A stretch of 64,000 nt of DNA from an uncultured delta proteobacterium (lineage in GTDB: Bacteria > Desulfobacterota > Desulfobaccia > Desulfobaccales > 0-14-0-80-60-11). Location: assembly GCA_963701845.1 (NCBI GenBank), contig CAVPBF010000004.1, forward strand, positions 1,233,933-1,297,932, read 5' to 3'. This document shows positions 8,091-17,537 of this stretch, piece after piece. Under the pieces are notes generated by a model. That model ran no database searches and was not told where the DNA came from. It was given only the letters and a program-made list of their open reading frames with translations. Position numbers and translations under genes: made by a program. The first letter of the stretch is position 1. Every line of letters starts with the position of its first letter.

Positions 8091-8226
8091 AGGTCTTGGA
8101 CCTGCGGCAGTATCGGCCGGCCTAATCCCGGTAAGACCGGCCCTGCCTGCCGGGTGGCAGGGGGCCTGGACCTAGACCGGTCCCCCCGGGAAAAAGGACT
8201 ATTTCAAAGCCGCGTCGCTCCTCACC

Positions 8227-8430
8227 TTGAAATCTTGCCGGTTCGTGACTATCTTCAAACTTAGGGAAAATCCGCGCCAGGGTCTTATCCGGGCCGAGGT
8301 GATGAGTTGCACCGATCTGGCCCGGCTGGGCGCCGCCGCCCAGGTCCGGGAGACGGGCCGCCTGCACTCCGAAGGTCGGGACTACGTGGTGCAGGACGGC
8401 GATCTGCTCCTGTTTAGCTGCCAACCGTAA
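8227..8430 (+). pseudogene. ychF: 3'-terminal remnant of ychF (ribosome-binding ATPase)
   Basis: GLIRAEVMSCTDLARLGAAAQVRETGRLHSEGRDYVVQDGDLLLF matches the YchF C-terminal domain (GFIRAEV...GK.R.EGKDYVVQDGD). There is room for at most about 130 codons upstream, and those codons are not YchF-like. Confidence 0.5.
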
Positions 8431-8504
8431 TTCTCCGAGTACCCGGTAGTTGCTTTTTATGGAATATTGTGATAAAAAATATCAGGGAAAGGAGGTGGAA
8501 TAAG

Positions 8505-8990
8505 ATGTTCCAAGTAGGCCAGCTGGCCGTATATCCTGCCCATGGCGTGGGCCGGATTGAATCCGTACAGGAACGGGAGGTCTCAGGAACACCGGCGCAA
8601 TTCTATATCATGCGGTTAATTGACACCGACATGATCATTATGATCCCCACCACTAACGCTCGAAACATCGGTTTGCGCGACGTCATCGACAACCAGGCGG
8701 TTGGAGAAGTTTATGAAATCCTGCGCTCGCGCCCGACTCGCTTGAACAACCAGACGTGGAACCGCCGCTACCGCGACTACATGGACAAGATCAAGACCGG
8801 CTCCCCCTTCCGGGTGGCCGAAGTCTTGCGAGACCTCACTCTGCTCAAATCCGAAAAAGATCTCTCCTTTGGGGAGCGCAAGATGTTGGACACCGCCAAG
8901 AATCTATTGATTAAAGAGCTTTCCTTGGTAAATGAGAAAGAAGAAATTGAAATAGAGGCCCAGTTGTTAGAGTTGCTGGGCAATGCCTAA
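8505..8990 (+). CDS. carD: CarD-family transcriptional regulator
   Basis: MFQVGQLAVYPAHGVGRIESVQEREVSG... ATG at 8505 is preceded by ggaaaggagg. Confidence 0.85.
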   Translation: MFQVGQLAVYPAHGVGRIESVQEREVSGTPAQFYIMRLIDTDMIIMIPTTNARNIGLRDVIDNQAVGEVYEILRSRPTRLNNQTWNRRYRDYMDKIKTGSPFRVAEVLRDLTLLKSEKDLSFGERKMLDTAKNLLIKELSLVNEKEEIEIEAQLLELLGNA

Positions 8991-9167
8991 ATTGGTCCAC
9001 CCTGCCGTAGCAGCAACTTTAATTTCGCGGTATAGTTGTACTTCTGGTTTCGGATATTAAGTGGCGCGTTACCCAGCTGCCGGCAGCGGCCTATTCATCC
9101 GCAGTGCGCCATGGAAGGTGCCTTGTTCCCGTCTGTGATTTTTCCAAAGAAAGGGGGTGAATGCTGA

Positions 9168-10193
9168 GTGTTTCAAAAGGTGGTCATCGGGGCCATCCTG
9201 GGGACGATTTGCGCGGTGAGCGGCTACCTCATCGCCGACCAGATCCCCCAGTTCGACCAACTGTGGTGGGCCGGGTGGGCGGGGGGAGCCATCGGTCTGG
9301 CGCTGGCTTTCGTCACCCTGGCCCTGGAACAGGCAATCAAACGCATTCCACTGAAAACCATCCTGGGCAGCGTCTTGGGCCTGTTTGTGGGCCTGGGCAT
9401 CGGCAAGCTGGCCAGCTACCCCTTCGACAAATACCTGGAACTCCCCAACTTACAGATTCCTTTATATATTTTCCTTTCAGCCATCTTTGGTTATATCGGT
9501 TTGGTGTTGGGGGGCAAGAAGATGTCGGAGGTGAGCACCCCTTATTTTCTCGATCCAACCGGCAAGCCGGCCATCCGGGTGCCCCAGAAAATCCTGGATA
9601 CCAGCGTCATCATTGACGGCCGCATCGCCGACATCGCTGAAACCGGTTTTGTGGAAGGCACCCTGATCGTGCCGAAATTTATCCTGGAAGAACTGCAATA
9701 TATCGCCGATTCCTCGGATGATCTGCGGCGCACCCGGGGGCGCCGGGGCCTGGATATCTTGAAGCGTCTGCAGCAACAGAATCCGACTCGGGTAGAGTTC
9801 GTCGAAGACGACGTGCCCAACGCCGTAGGGGCGGATTCCAAGCTGGTGGCCCTGGGCTTAAAAATGCGGGCCAAGGTCCTCACCAATGACTTCAATCTGC
9901 ATAAAGTGGCGGAACTGCAGGGGGTCGAGGTCCTCAACATCAACCAACTGGCCAACGCCATGAAACCCGCGGTGCTGCCCGGGGAATGCCTCCAGGTGCA
10001 GATCCTGCGGGAGGGTAAATCCCAGGGCCAGGGGGTGGCGTATCTCGACGACGGCACCATGGTGGTCATTGAAAACGCCCGCCGCTTCATCGGCAAAGAG
10101 GTGGAGGTGTCGGTCACCAGCGTGCTGCAAACCACGGCGGGACGCATGATCTTCTCCGAGATCAAGAATGGCAGCGCCCCGCGCAAGGTGTAG
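9168..10193 (+). CDS. Membrane-anchored PIN/TRAM domain protein (YacL-like)
   Basis: N-terminal TM helices, PIN core (ILDTSVIIDGRI...), C-terminal TRAM (GKEVEVSVTSVLQTTAGRMIF). Found next to carD, as in many genomes. Confidence 0.8.
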   Translation: MFQKVVIGAILGTICAVSGYLIADQIPQFDQLWWAGWAGGAIGLALAFVTLALEQAIKRIPLKTILGSVLGLFVGLGIGKLASYPFDKYLELPNLQIPLYIFLSAIFGYIGLVLGGKKMSEVSTPYFLDPTGKPAIRVPQKILDTSVIIDGRIADIAETGFVEGTLIVPKFILEELQYIADSSDDLRRTRGRRGLDILKRLQQQNPTRVEFVEDDVPNAVGADSKLVALGLKMRAKVLTNDFNLHKVAELQGVEVLNINQLANAMKPAVLPGECLQVQILREGKSQGQGVAYLDDGTMVVIENARRFIGKEVEVSVTSVLQTTAGRMIFSEIKNGSAPRKV

Positions 10194-10279
10194 GGGCGGT
10201 TCTCGAACAGCCGTGTGTAGGGTGGGCACTGCCCACCAATTCATCTTTCGGTTTCTATGGGCGGTTCTCGAACCGCCCC
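10189..10279. repeat. Cluster of three REP-like hairpins
   Basis: gtaggggcggttctcgaac..., tgtagggtgggcactgcccacc (10215-10236) and gggcggttctcgaaccgcccc (10259-10279). Confidence 0.75.
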
Positions 10280-10360
10280 GGCAAAAACCTAGGGAGGACC
10301 GGCGCCCCCGGCTGTCCCGGGGCACCCGGGGGCGGCTGTCCCACATGCTTATCGGCCTGA

Positions 10361-11349
10361 TTGTTAGTGGGTCAACTCTTGCCAACTAATCCCCGCGACC
10401 CTGAAACCTTGCAGCGGCTGGTAGAGCCGGCCCAGGCCGGGGGCCGTCTGGACCAGTTTCTGGCTAAGAATCTGGGCTGGTCCCGGGCCCGCCTGCAAAA
10501 ACTCCTCAAGGCCGGGCTGGTGACGGTCGACGGCGCCCCGCAAGCCGCCTCGCATAAGGTGCGGGCCGGCGAGGCGGTCAGCGTTACGGTCCCCCCGCCC
10601 GAACCCAGCCATCTTACCGCCGAACCCCTGGCCCTGGAGGTTATCTTTGAAGACCGGGACCTGCTGGTGATCAACAAACCGCCGGGGCTGGTGGTCCATC
10701 CCGGGGCCGGGCACCGGACCGGGACGCTGTTGAACGCCCTGCTGCACCACTGCCCGGAGTTGCAGGAGATCGGCGAGGTGAGCCGGCCGGGGCTGGTGCA
10801 CCGCCTGGACAAGGACACCAGCGGTCTCTTGGTGGTGGCCAAGACCGCCCTGGCGCACCAGGCGCTGGTGAGCCAGTTCGCCCAACGGGAGACCAGGAAG
10901 ACTTATCTGGCCCTGGTCTGGGGCCGGCTGCCCGAGCCGGAGGGCCGGATCGACAAGGAGATCGGCCGGCACCCCACCCAACGCCACAAGATGACGGCGC
11001 ACCCCCGGCGGGGCAAGGTGGCGGCCACCCGCTGGCGGGTGGTGCAAGAGTTCCCCGGCCCCCTGACCCTGGTGGAACTCTCGCCGGAGACCGGCCGCAC
11101 CCATCAGCTCAGGGTGCACCTGGCCTCGGAGGGCCACCCGGTGCTGGGGGACGCCACCTACGGCGGCGGGGTGAGCCGGCTGGCGGTTAACCAGCGACTC
11201 ATCGAACTCAAGCACCTGGTATCACGCCAACTCCTGCACGCCTGGCACTCGCGGTGACGCACCCGCGCACGGGGGAGAGCATGAGCTGGGAAGCGCCGCT
11301 GCCGGAGGATTTTCAGGGGGTGGTGGATTTTTTGGAGAAATTTGATTAA
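10361..11349 (+). CDS. rluD: RluD-family 23S rRNA pseudouridine synthase, one frameshift near 11245
   Basis: S4 domain followed by the catalytic HRLDKDTSGLLV. The ORF stops at 11257, but ...LAVTHPRTGESMSWEAPLPEDF... continues in another frame to 11349. Confidence 0.85.
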
Positions 11350-11409
11350 GTTATGACCATTAGAAGTGCTTTTCAAAAGATAAAGCCATTTTGACAAAAG
11401 GAAACCGCC

Positions 11410-11643
11410 ATGGAGCCAACAGAGGACCTCGATGGTCTAATTGCCAAAGTCAAAGATATTGAAGATGGGCCGGATGGCGACTTGCTCCGCCGGCTGGTTG
11501 ATATCCTCCATGATCGTTACGATTACGAACCTTTATCTCTAGAAGAGTTGCTCGCGGTTCAAGAAGCCGATGAGGCAATTCGGCGAGGTGATAAGGGATA
11601 CTTCACGTCTTGGAATGAGCTAAAAAAAGAGCTAGGTTTATGA
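11410..11643 (+). CDS. Small acidic hypothetical protein (antitoxin-like C-terminus)
   Basis: 77 aa in the low-GC islet. ...EADEAIRRGDKGYFTSWNELKKELGL resembles the tail of small type II antitoxin/addiction-module components. No toxin partner is seen. Confidence 0.3.
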   Translation: MEPTEDLDGLIAKVKDIEDGPDGDLLRRLVDILHDRYDYEPLSLEELLAVQEADEAIRRGDKGYFTSWNELKKELGL

Positions 11644-11746
11644 ATATCTTGCAATAAAAAAGTTTGACATTCTTATTAAATTGATTAAGTGTTTATTTTG
11701 CAAAGTCCCTTTTTAGACTAAGATATAGCTAATCGGAGGGTGGAAA

Positions 11747-12949
11747 ATGGATTTCGCGGAGCAGATTAGAGAGCTAATCGCACTATTGGATAAAAATAAG
11801 GACCACGTATTTACGGAAGAAGCAACCAAAAATGCAATGGTTTTGCCCCTTCTTCAAGTCTTGGGCTATAATATATTCGACCCAACTGAACTAATTCCTG
11901 AATACACGGCAGATATAGGCATAAAAAAAGGCGAAAAAGTTGACTATGCCATAGCATTCAACAATGAGCCAGCTATATTAATAGAGGTCAAGGCCGCCAG
12001 ATGTCTTCTCCAACCTAAAACCATGAGTCAATTATTAAGATATTTTGGGGTAACCAAGGCAAAATTTGCTATCTTAACTAACGGTATCCAGTATCAATTT
12101 TATTCTGATTTCGATGAGAAAAATATTATGGATACCAACCCTTTTTTTACCCTTGATCTTGTTCAGTCCATTAGAGATTCTGAAATATCTGAAATCCGAA
12201 AATTTCATAAAAACCAATTTGATGCTGAAAAAATCTCATCATCTGCTATCGAACTTAAATATACTGGAGAATTAAAACGATATTTTAAGCGACAATTTAA
12301 GGAAGCGGACGAAGATTTTCTAAGGTTTTTTATTAAAAAGACCTCATTTGGAGGAGTGGTTACTAAACAACAATTTGAAAGGCTTTCTCCAATAGTTTCA
12401 GTTGCCTTTAGGCAATATGTAAATGAGGCAGTCAGTGATACGCTCAAAGGTGCTCTTGAGGAAGCAAAGAAAGCAGAGACCGGTACTAGTGAAGGATTGT
12501 CAGATAAGCATCTAATCCGTCAACGCTTTTGGACCCAGCTTTTGGGGTATGCCAAAACAAAAACTGATCTCCATGCCAAAATTTCTCCGACTCAAGGGGG
12601 ATGGGTAGGAGTAAATACTGGAAGCCGAGGCCTTACATATTGTTACACTATTACTAAACACCAAGCCACTGTGGAAATTTATATCGATAGAGGGAAAGAC
12701 TCACGGGAAGAAAACGAGAATATATTCGACAGACTAATTGGACTTAAGGGGGAAATCGAACAAACCTTCGGAGCCCCCATAGAGTGGGAGCGACTGGAGG
12801 GAAAACGTGCCTGTCGAATAAAGAAGACAATTACTGAAGGTGGATACCTGGACGAACAGAAGTGGACCACCATACATGAACTAATGGTAAATGCCATGAT
12901 GGGGTTTGCAAGAGCTTTTAGCCCACAAATCCAAATGCTTGGGATTTAA
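11747..12949 (+). CDS. HsdR-N-type PD-(D/E)xK nuclease domain fused to DUF4268
   Basis: N-terminus EEATKNAMVLPLLQVLGY...GEKVDYAI...ILIEVKAA...FAILTNG is a type I restriction R-subunit N-terminal nuclease fold. C-terminus RQRFWTQLL...VEIYIDRG...IFDRL...IEQTFG..IEWERL is DUF4268-like. The region is AT-rich. Confidence 0.6.
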   Translation: MDFAEQIRELIALLDKNKDHVFTEEATKNAMVLPLLQVLGYNIFDPTELIPEYTADIGIKKGEKVDYAIAFNNEPAILIEVKAARCLLQPKTMSQLLRYFGVTKAKFAILTNGIQYQFYSDFDEKNIMDTNPFFTLDLVQSIRDSEISEIRKFHKNQFDAEKISSSAIELKYTGELKRYFKRQFKEADEDFLRFFIKKTSFGGVVTKQQFERLSPIVSVAFRQYVNEAVSDTLKGALEEAKKAETGTSEGLSDKHLIRQRFWTQLLGYAKTKTDLHAKISPTQGGWVGVNTGSRGLTYCYTITKHQATVEIYIDRGKDSREENENIFDRLIGLKGEIEQTFGAPIEWERLEGKRACRIKKTITEGGYLDEQKWTTIHELMVNAMMGFARAFSPQIQMLGI

Positions 12950-13052
12950 GCATACGTATAAACAAAGGACTGGATTCGCAAGAAAAAGATGCATTGATAA
13001 AGTGGACAATGTCCATCCTACAAAATCCGCGATAAATTTAAATACTATTTCT

Positions 13053-13682
13053 GTGCTAAAAATCGCCATTACCGGGGGGGCCGGGTCGGGCAAGAGCACC
13101 GTGGCCCGGATGTTTGGGGAGCTGGGGGCGCGCGGTGTTGGACGCCGACGCCACGGCCAGGGAGGCGGTGGCCGTGGGGACGCCCGCTTAGGCAGGAGCT
13201 GCGCCGGCTCTTTGGGGCGGAGATTTTTTCAACCCGGACGGCGCCTTAAACCGCGCCAAGGTGGCCCAACTGGTCTTCTACCGACCCGGAGGCCCGCCAG
13301 CGGCTCAATGACATCGTCCACCCTCGGGTGGCCCGGGAACTCCAGGAGCGGCTGGCAGAATTGGAGCGCCAGGGCGCCGACCTGGTGCTGGTGGAGGTGC
13401 CGCTGCTGTTCGAGGCCGGGCTGGAGGCGGCCTACGACCGGGTCATCGTGGTCTACGTCGACCCGGAGGACCAAATCCGGCGGCTCAGGAGCGGGACGGC
13501 CGCGGGGCCGCAGGAGATCGCGGGCATCCTTGCGGCCCAGTGGCCCCTGGCTGACAAGGCGGCCCGGGCCGACTGACGTGGTGGATAACCGGGGCTCAGC
13601 TGAGCTGAGACCCGGAAGCAGGTGCAGAAAATCTGGGAGAATTGCAAAAAATCGGCAAATCATCTTGACAGGCGGGGGCTAA
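13053..13682 (+). CDS. coaE: Dephospho-CoA kinase, at least 5 frameshifts (3' end uncertain)
   Basis: GTG-LKIAITGGAGSGKSTVARMF P-loop. Later segments (RVLDADATAREAV, RQELRRLFGAEIF, NPDGALNRAKVAQLVF, EARQRLNDIVHPRVARE...LVLVEVPLLFEAGL..YDRVIVVYV, VVDNRGS, ETRKQVQKIWE) are spread over all three frames. Confidence 0.8.
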   Translation: MLKIAITGGAGSGKSTVARMFGELGARGVGRRRHGQGGGGRGDARLGRSCAGSLGRRFFQPGRRLKPRQGGPTGLLPTRRPASGSMTSSTLGWPGNSRSGWQNWSARAPTWCWWRCRCCSRPGWRRPTTGSSWSTSTRRTKSGGSGAGRPRGRRRSRASLRPSGPWLTRRPGPTDVVDNRGSAELRPGSRCRKSGRIAKNRQIILTGGG

Positions 13683-13943
13683 AGAGTTTAGCGCTCTATT
13701 TAACCTACCTTGTGTAATCTTAAGCAATTCCTATGGCCCGATATATTAAAACTAAGGAAACCCCGTATAATCCCCTTGGCTTGATGTTAAAACTTGTCCG
13801 CCTTCATCTCCATTGAGGCTACCGGTCTAAGTGGGCCATCAGGCGCCGGTCTATAAAATCGCAGTGCCCACGGCGAGTACCCCTAATCAGCAACTACCGT
13901 AACTGGTGTAGAACTTTATCAGCATAGCGAAAAAGAGGAAATA

Positions 13944-15193
13944 ATGAATTTATCCGATTTGAAACACAAGAAAATCAACGACCTGGCCGCCCTGGCCCGT
14001 GACCTCAACGTGGAAGGCGCCGCCGGGCTTGCGCAAGCAGGAGCTGATCTTCGCCATCCTCCAGGCCCAGGTGGAAAAAAACGGGGTCATCTCCGGCGGC
14101 GGCGTGCTGGAAATCCTGCCGGACGGCTTCGGGTTCCTCCGGGCCCAGGATTATAATTATCTCCCCGGGCCCGACGACATCTACGTCTCGCCCTCCCAGA
14201 TCCGGCGCTTCAATCTGCGCACCGGCGATACCATCTCCGGGCAGATCCGGCCCCCCAAGGAAGGCGAGCGCTACTTCGCCCTCCTCAAGGTGGAGACGGT
14301 CAATTTCGAAGACCCCGCGGTGGCCCGGGACAAGATCCTGTTCGACAACCTGACGCCCCTGTATCCCGATCAGCGCCTGAAACTGGAAACCGAATCGGAA
14401 ACTTCTCCGCCCGGGTGATGGACCTGATGACCCCCATCGGCATGGGCCAGCGCGGCCTCATCGTCGCCGCGCCCCGCACCGGCAAAACCATGCTCCTCCA
14501 GAACCTGGCCAACAGCATCGCCACCAACCACCCCGAGGTGGTGCTCATCGTGCTGCTCATCGACGAACGGCCCGAGGAAGTGACGGACATGGAGCGCAGC
14601 GTCAAGGCCGAAGTGGTCAGCTCCACCTTCGACGAGCCGCCCCAGCGCCACATCCAGGTGGCCGAAATGGTCCTGGAGAAGGCCAAGCGCCTGGTGGAGC
14701 ACAAGCGGGACGTGGTCATCCTGCTGGATTCCATCACCCGGCTGGCCCGGGCCTACAATACCGTGGTGCCGGCCAGCGGCAAGATCCTCTCCGGCGGCCT
14801 GGACGCCAACGCCCTGCAACGGCCCAAGCGCTTTTTCGGCGCCGCCCGCAACATCGAGGAAGGGGGCAGCCTCACCATCATCGCCACCGCCCTCATCGAG
14901 ACCGGCAGCCGCATGGATGAGGTGATTTTCGAGGAGTTCAAAGGCACCGGCAACATGGAGATTCACCTGGACCGCAAGCTCACCGAGAAGCGCATCTTCC
15001 CGTCCATCGACATCAACCGCTCCGGCACCCGGAAGGAAGAACTGCTGCTGGCCGCCGGAGGACCTAAACCGCATCTGGATCCTGCGCAAGCTGCTCTCGC
15101 CGCTTAAGCCCGGTGGACAGCATGGAATTTTTGCTGGAAAAACTGCGGGCGACCAAAACGAACGCCGACTTTCTGGCGGCCATGAACCGCTGA
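13944..15193 (+). CDS. rho: Transcription termination factor Rho, at least 4 frameshifts
   Basis: [28 protein letters not shown] / [13 protein letters not shown]...RFNLRTGD / ...[19 protein letters not shown]...DEPPQRH.../...[14 protein letters not shown]...[22 protein letters not shown] read in successive frames. Confidence 0.9.
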
Positions 15194-15297
15194 GGCGGGA
15201 GATTGACCGGCAGTGCGGATGGGCGTCAAGGGCTACGCCCATTCGGCCGTGCCGGCTTCTTTAAGGCTAGCCGATAATAATTACGACCGTTAAAAAC

Positions 15298-15320
15298 GCA
15301 GGCTAAAGCCTGCGGCTACA
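15298..15320 (-). repeat. REP-like element, class GCAGGCTAAAGCCTGCGGCTACA
   Basis: Near-identical copies at 43882-43906, 55922-45 (inverted) and 59053-77. Confidence 0.8.
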
Positions 15321-15341
15321 TTTTTCAAACCTGGTCTGGCC

Positions 15342-15632
15342 TCAAACCCACTTACTCTCTTTTTTGTTCCAGTTTTTCTTGATCTCTTCCTTGTCCTTGG
15401 CGGTGGCGCCGAAGGCCGATTCGCAGACGGATTCCCATTTGTGGGGGTCGGAGCGGAAGTCCTTTTTATAGCGGCTGCTGTCCGAATCCTTGCAAAAGAT
15501 GGTGGGCATGCCGATGAGCCGCTCCACTTCGGAGTCGCAAATCTGGCACTTCGTCAGGGGTTCGTCGCTCATCTTCTGCTCCACCTCAAAGATATGGCCG
15601 TGGGCTTTGCACTTGTATTCGTAAGTCGGCAT
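15342..15632 (-). CDS. FmdB-family zinc-ribbon protein
   Basis: MPTYEYKCKAHGHIFEVEQKMSDEPLTKCQICDSEVERL (CxxC...CxxC, the TIGR02605-type N-terminus). Confidence 0.75.
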   Translation of the reverse strand: MPTYEYKCKAHGHIFEVEQKMSDEPLTKCQICDSEVERLIGMPTIFCKDSDSSRYKKDFRSDPHKWESVCESAFGATAKDKEEIKKNWNKKESKWV

Positions 15633-15711
15633 CAGGCTCTCCTTCAGGTCTTGCCTAAATTGCTTGACAGGCGTCCGCTAGGGCGCTAATTTTAGCAAAT
15701 CTTATCAGATT

Positions 15712-15739
15712 AGTTTCGAGTTTCGAGTTTTTAGTTTCA
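15712..15739 (+). repeat. Heptad tandem array
   Basis: agtttcg agtttcg agttttt agtttca. Confidence 0.85.
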
Positions 15740-15851
15740 GAAGAGGCTGGACAATTCGAGCTTGGCAGCTATTGCAAACCGCACCAGATTTTACTTGACA
15801 TTCCTTGATAATCTCAGGATAAGCGCAACTCGAAACTCCTCGGAGGACTCT

Positions 15852-16791
15852 ATGCAGATACCCGCCCTGCAAGCCGTTACCGTGGAAATCCTGGTGGACA
15901 ACTTTTTTGACGTCTTTGAACCGTCCCGCCCCGGCCTCGTCGAACGGGTGACACCCGGCCGCCTGCCCAAACCCCTGGTGGCGGCCCACGGCCTGGCCTT
16001 TCTCATCACCCTGAACCAGCAGGGCCGCCCACCCGCATTCTGATGGACACGGCCAACGACCCGCTGCCGCTGTTCAACAACCTGGAGGCCCTGGGCCATA
16101 CCCCCAAGGAGATCGACGCCGTGGTGGTGAGCCACGGCCACCCGGACCATTACGGCGGCCTGCTGGGTTTCCTGGCCAAACGGGTCGGGCCCCTGCCCCT
16201 CTATCTCCATGAAGACACCTTCTTCCCCAAGCTGTTCATGACCCCGCGGGGGCGCATCGGCCCCTGGGTGCTGTCGGCGGAGCAACTGACGCCAGGCGGG
16301 CGGTGAACTCCACGAAAACCGGGGCCCCGACTGGTCATCCTGGATCAGGCCCTGCTCACCGGCACGGTGGAGACCACCACCGGCTACGAGAAGCCGCTGC
16401 CGGTCTTCAAGCGCGAGGTGAACGAGCAGGAGGAGCACAGACACCTTCAGCGACGAGCAGGCCCTGGTGGCTAATGTCGAGGGCCGGGGCCTGGTGGTCA
16501 TCGGCGGCTGCTGCCACCCCGGCATCGTCAACATGGTGAAATACGCCCAGAAGCTCACCGGGCGTCGATAAGGTCGCCCTCATCCTGGGCGGCTTTCACC
16601 TCACCGCCCACGGCGATACAGCCATCCAGGCCACCATCCAGGGCCTGAAGGAACTCAATCCGGAACTCATCATGGCCGGCCACTGCACCGGCTTCAAGGC
16701 CCTCACCAAACTGGCCGTCGCCTTCCCCGACAACTTCATGGTGAGCTGCGTCGGCACCAAGGTGCTGGTGGTGGGGGGGGTAAAGGAGTAG
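15852..16791 (+). CDS. MBL-fold metallo-hydrolase (COG1237-like), several frameshifts
   Basis: ...AAHGLAFLI.. / ..VVVSHGHPDHYGGL.. / ..GGCCHPGIVNMV.. / ..LGGFHLTAHGDT...AGHCTG... distributed over three frames. Confidence 0.7.
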
Positions 16792-16833
16792 TTTTCTGTT
16801 TTCTGTTTTCGGTTTTCGGTTTTCGGTTTTCGG
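16790..16833 (+). repeat. Heptad tandem array (TGTTTTC/GGTTTTC x6-7)
   Basis: Overlaps the TAG stop of the MBL gene: tagttttc tgttttc tgttttc ggttttc x4. Confidence 0.9.
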
Positions 16834-16860
16834 TAAGGGGACGGCAATGGAGGCCCAAGC

Positions 16861-17325
16861 ATGGCGCGATGGTCTAGGTTGAGCTTGGTAGCTTTGATTT
16901 GGTTGGTTCTGTGGAACTGCGCCACGACCGGCCTATCATTGGGCCAGCCAACGAACGGCCAGGGGCAACCGAGATTTACCAGGGCCGAAAATGGGGTGAT
17001 CACCGACCACGTCACCGGCCTCGATTGGTATGTCGGCCAGGAGAGCACCTGGCATCAGGCCCGGGCCTGGGTGGAGCACCTCACCGTGGCCGGTGGCGGC
17101 TGGCGCCTGCCCACGGTTGCCGAGTTGAAAGCTATCTACCAGAAGGGGGCCTCCGCCAACAATATGGACCCGCTCTTTCACACTACGGTGGCCTGGGCCT
17201 GGTCCGGGGAGTTGAGAAATGCCTGGTCGGTCTGGGGCCTCGCCTTCTACAATAATCTGGAGGGCTGGCACAGTATGAACTACGGCAACGGCAGACTGGC
17301 GCTGGCGGTGCGTTCCCATAGATAA
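16861..17325 (+). CDS. DUF1566 (Lcl C-terminal-like) secreted protein
   Basis: Signal-like N-terminus, then ITDHVTGLDWYVGQ...WHQARAWVEHL.VAGGGWRLPTVAELKAIY. Confidence 0.7.
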   Translation: MARWSRLSLVALIWLVLWNCATTGLSLGQPTNGQGQPRFTRAENGVITDHVTGLDWYVGQESTWHQARAWVEHLTVAGGGWRLPTVAELKAIYQKGASANNMDPLFHTTVAWAWSGELRNAWSVWGLAFYNNLEGWHSMNYGNGRLALAVRSHR

Positions 17326-17431
17326 GGGTGGGTAAAAGACGGTTTCCGGTTTCCGGAAAAAGCCATTAAATAAAGCCTAAGAATGTGGAACAGCCGCCCT
17401 CGGCTGTTCTTTAAGAAGGCATTTTTAGCCA

Positions 17432-17504
17432 TGTAGGGTGCGCACTGCGCACCATCTGCGCACCTGTCATTCGAAAAGTCTTGGTGCGCAGTGCGCACCC
17501 TACA
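17432..17504. repeat. Inverted pair of REP elements (REPIN/BIME-like)
   Basis: tgtagggtgcgcactgcgcacc (17432-53) and ggtgcgcagtgcgcaccctaca (17483-504) face each other across 29 nt. Confidence 0.85.
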
Positions 17505-17537
17505 TTAACTTTAAATATCAAAGGCCAAGACAATATT

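Noticed and set aside
13053-16791. Reading the frameshifted essential genes (coaE, rho, rny, recD2, pstCA and others) as genuine pseudogenes, programmed frameshifts or a recoding system.
   Set aside because: Essential single-copy genes are affected. The protein segments are otherwise intact with no in-frame stops. The localisable shifts sit in G/C homopolymers, there are no slippery heptamer or pseudoknot patterns, and the shifts cluster in blocks. This is most parsimoniously sequencing or polishing error.
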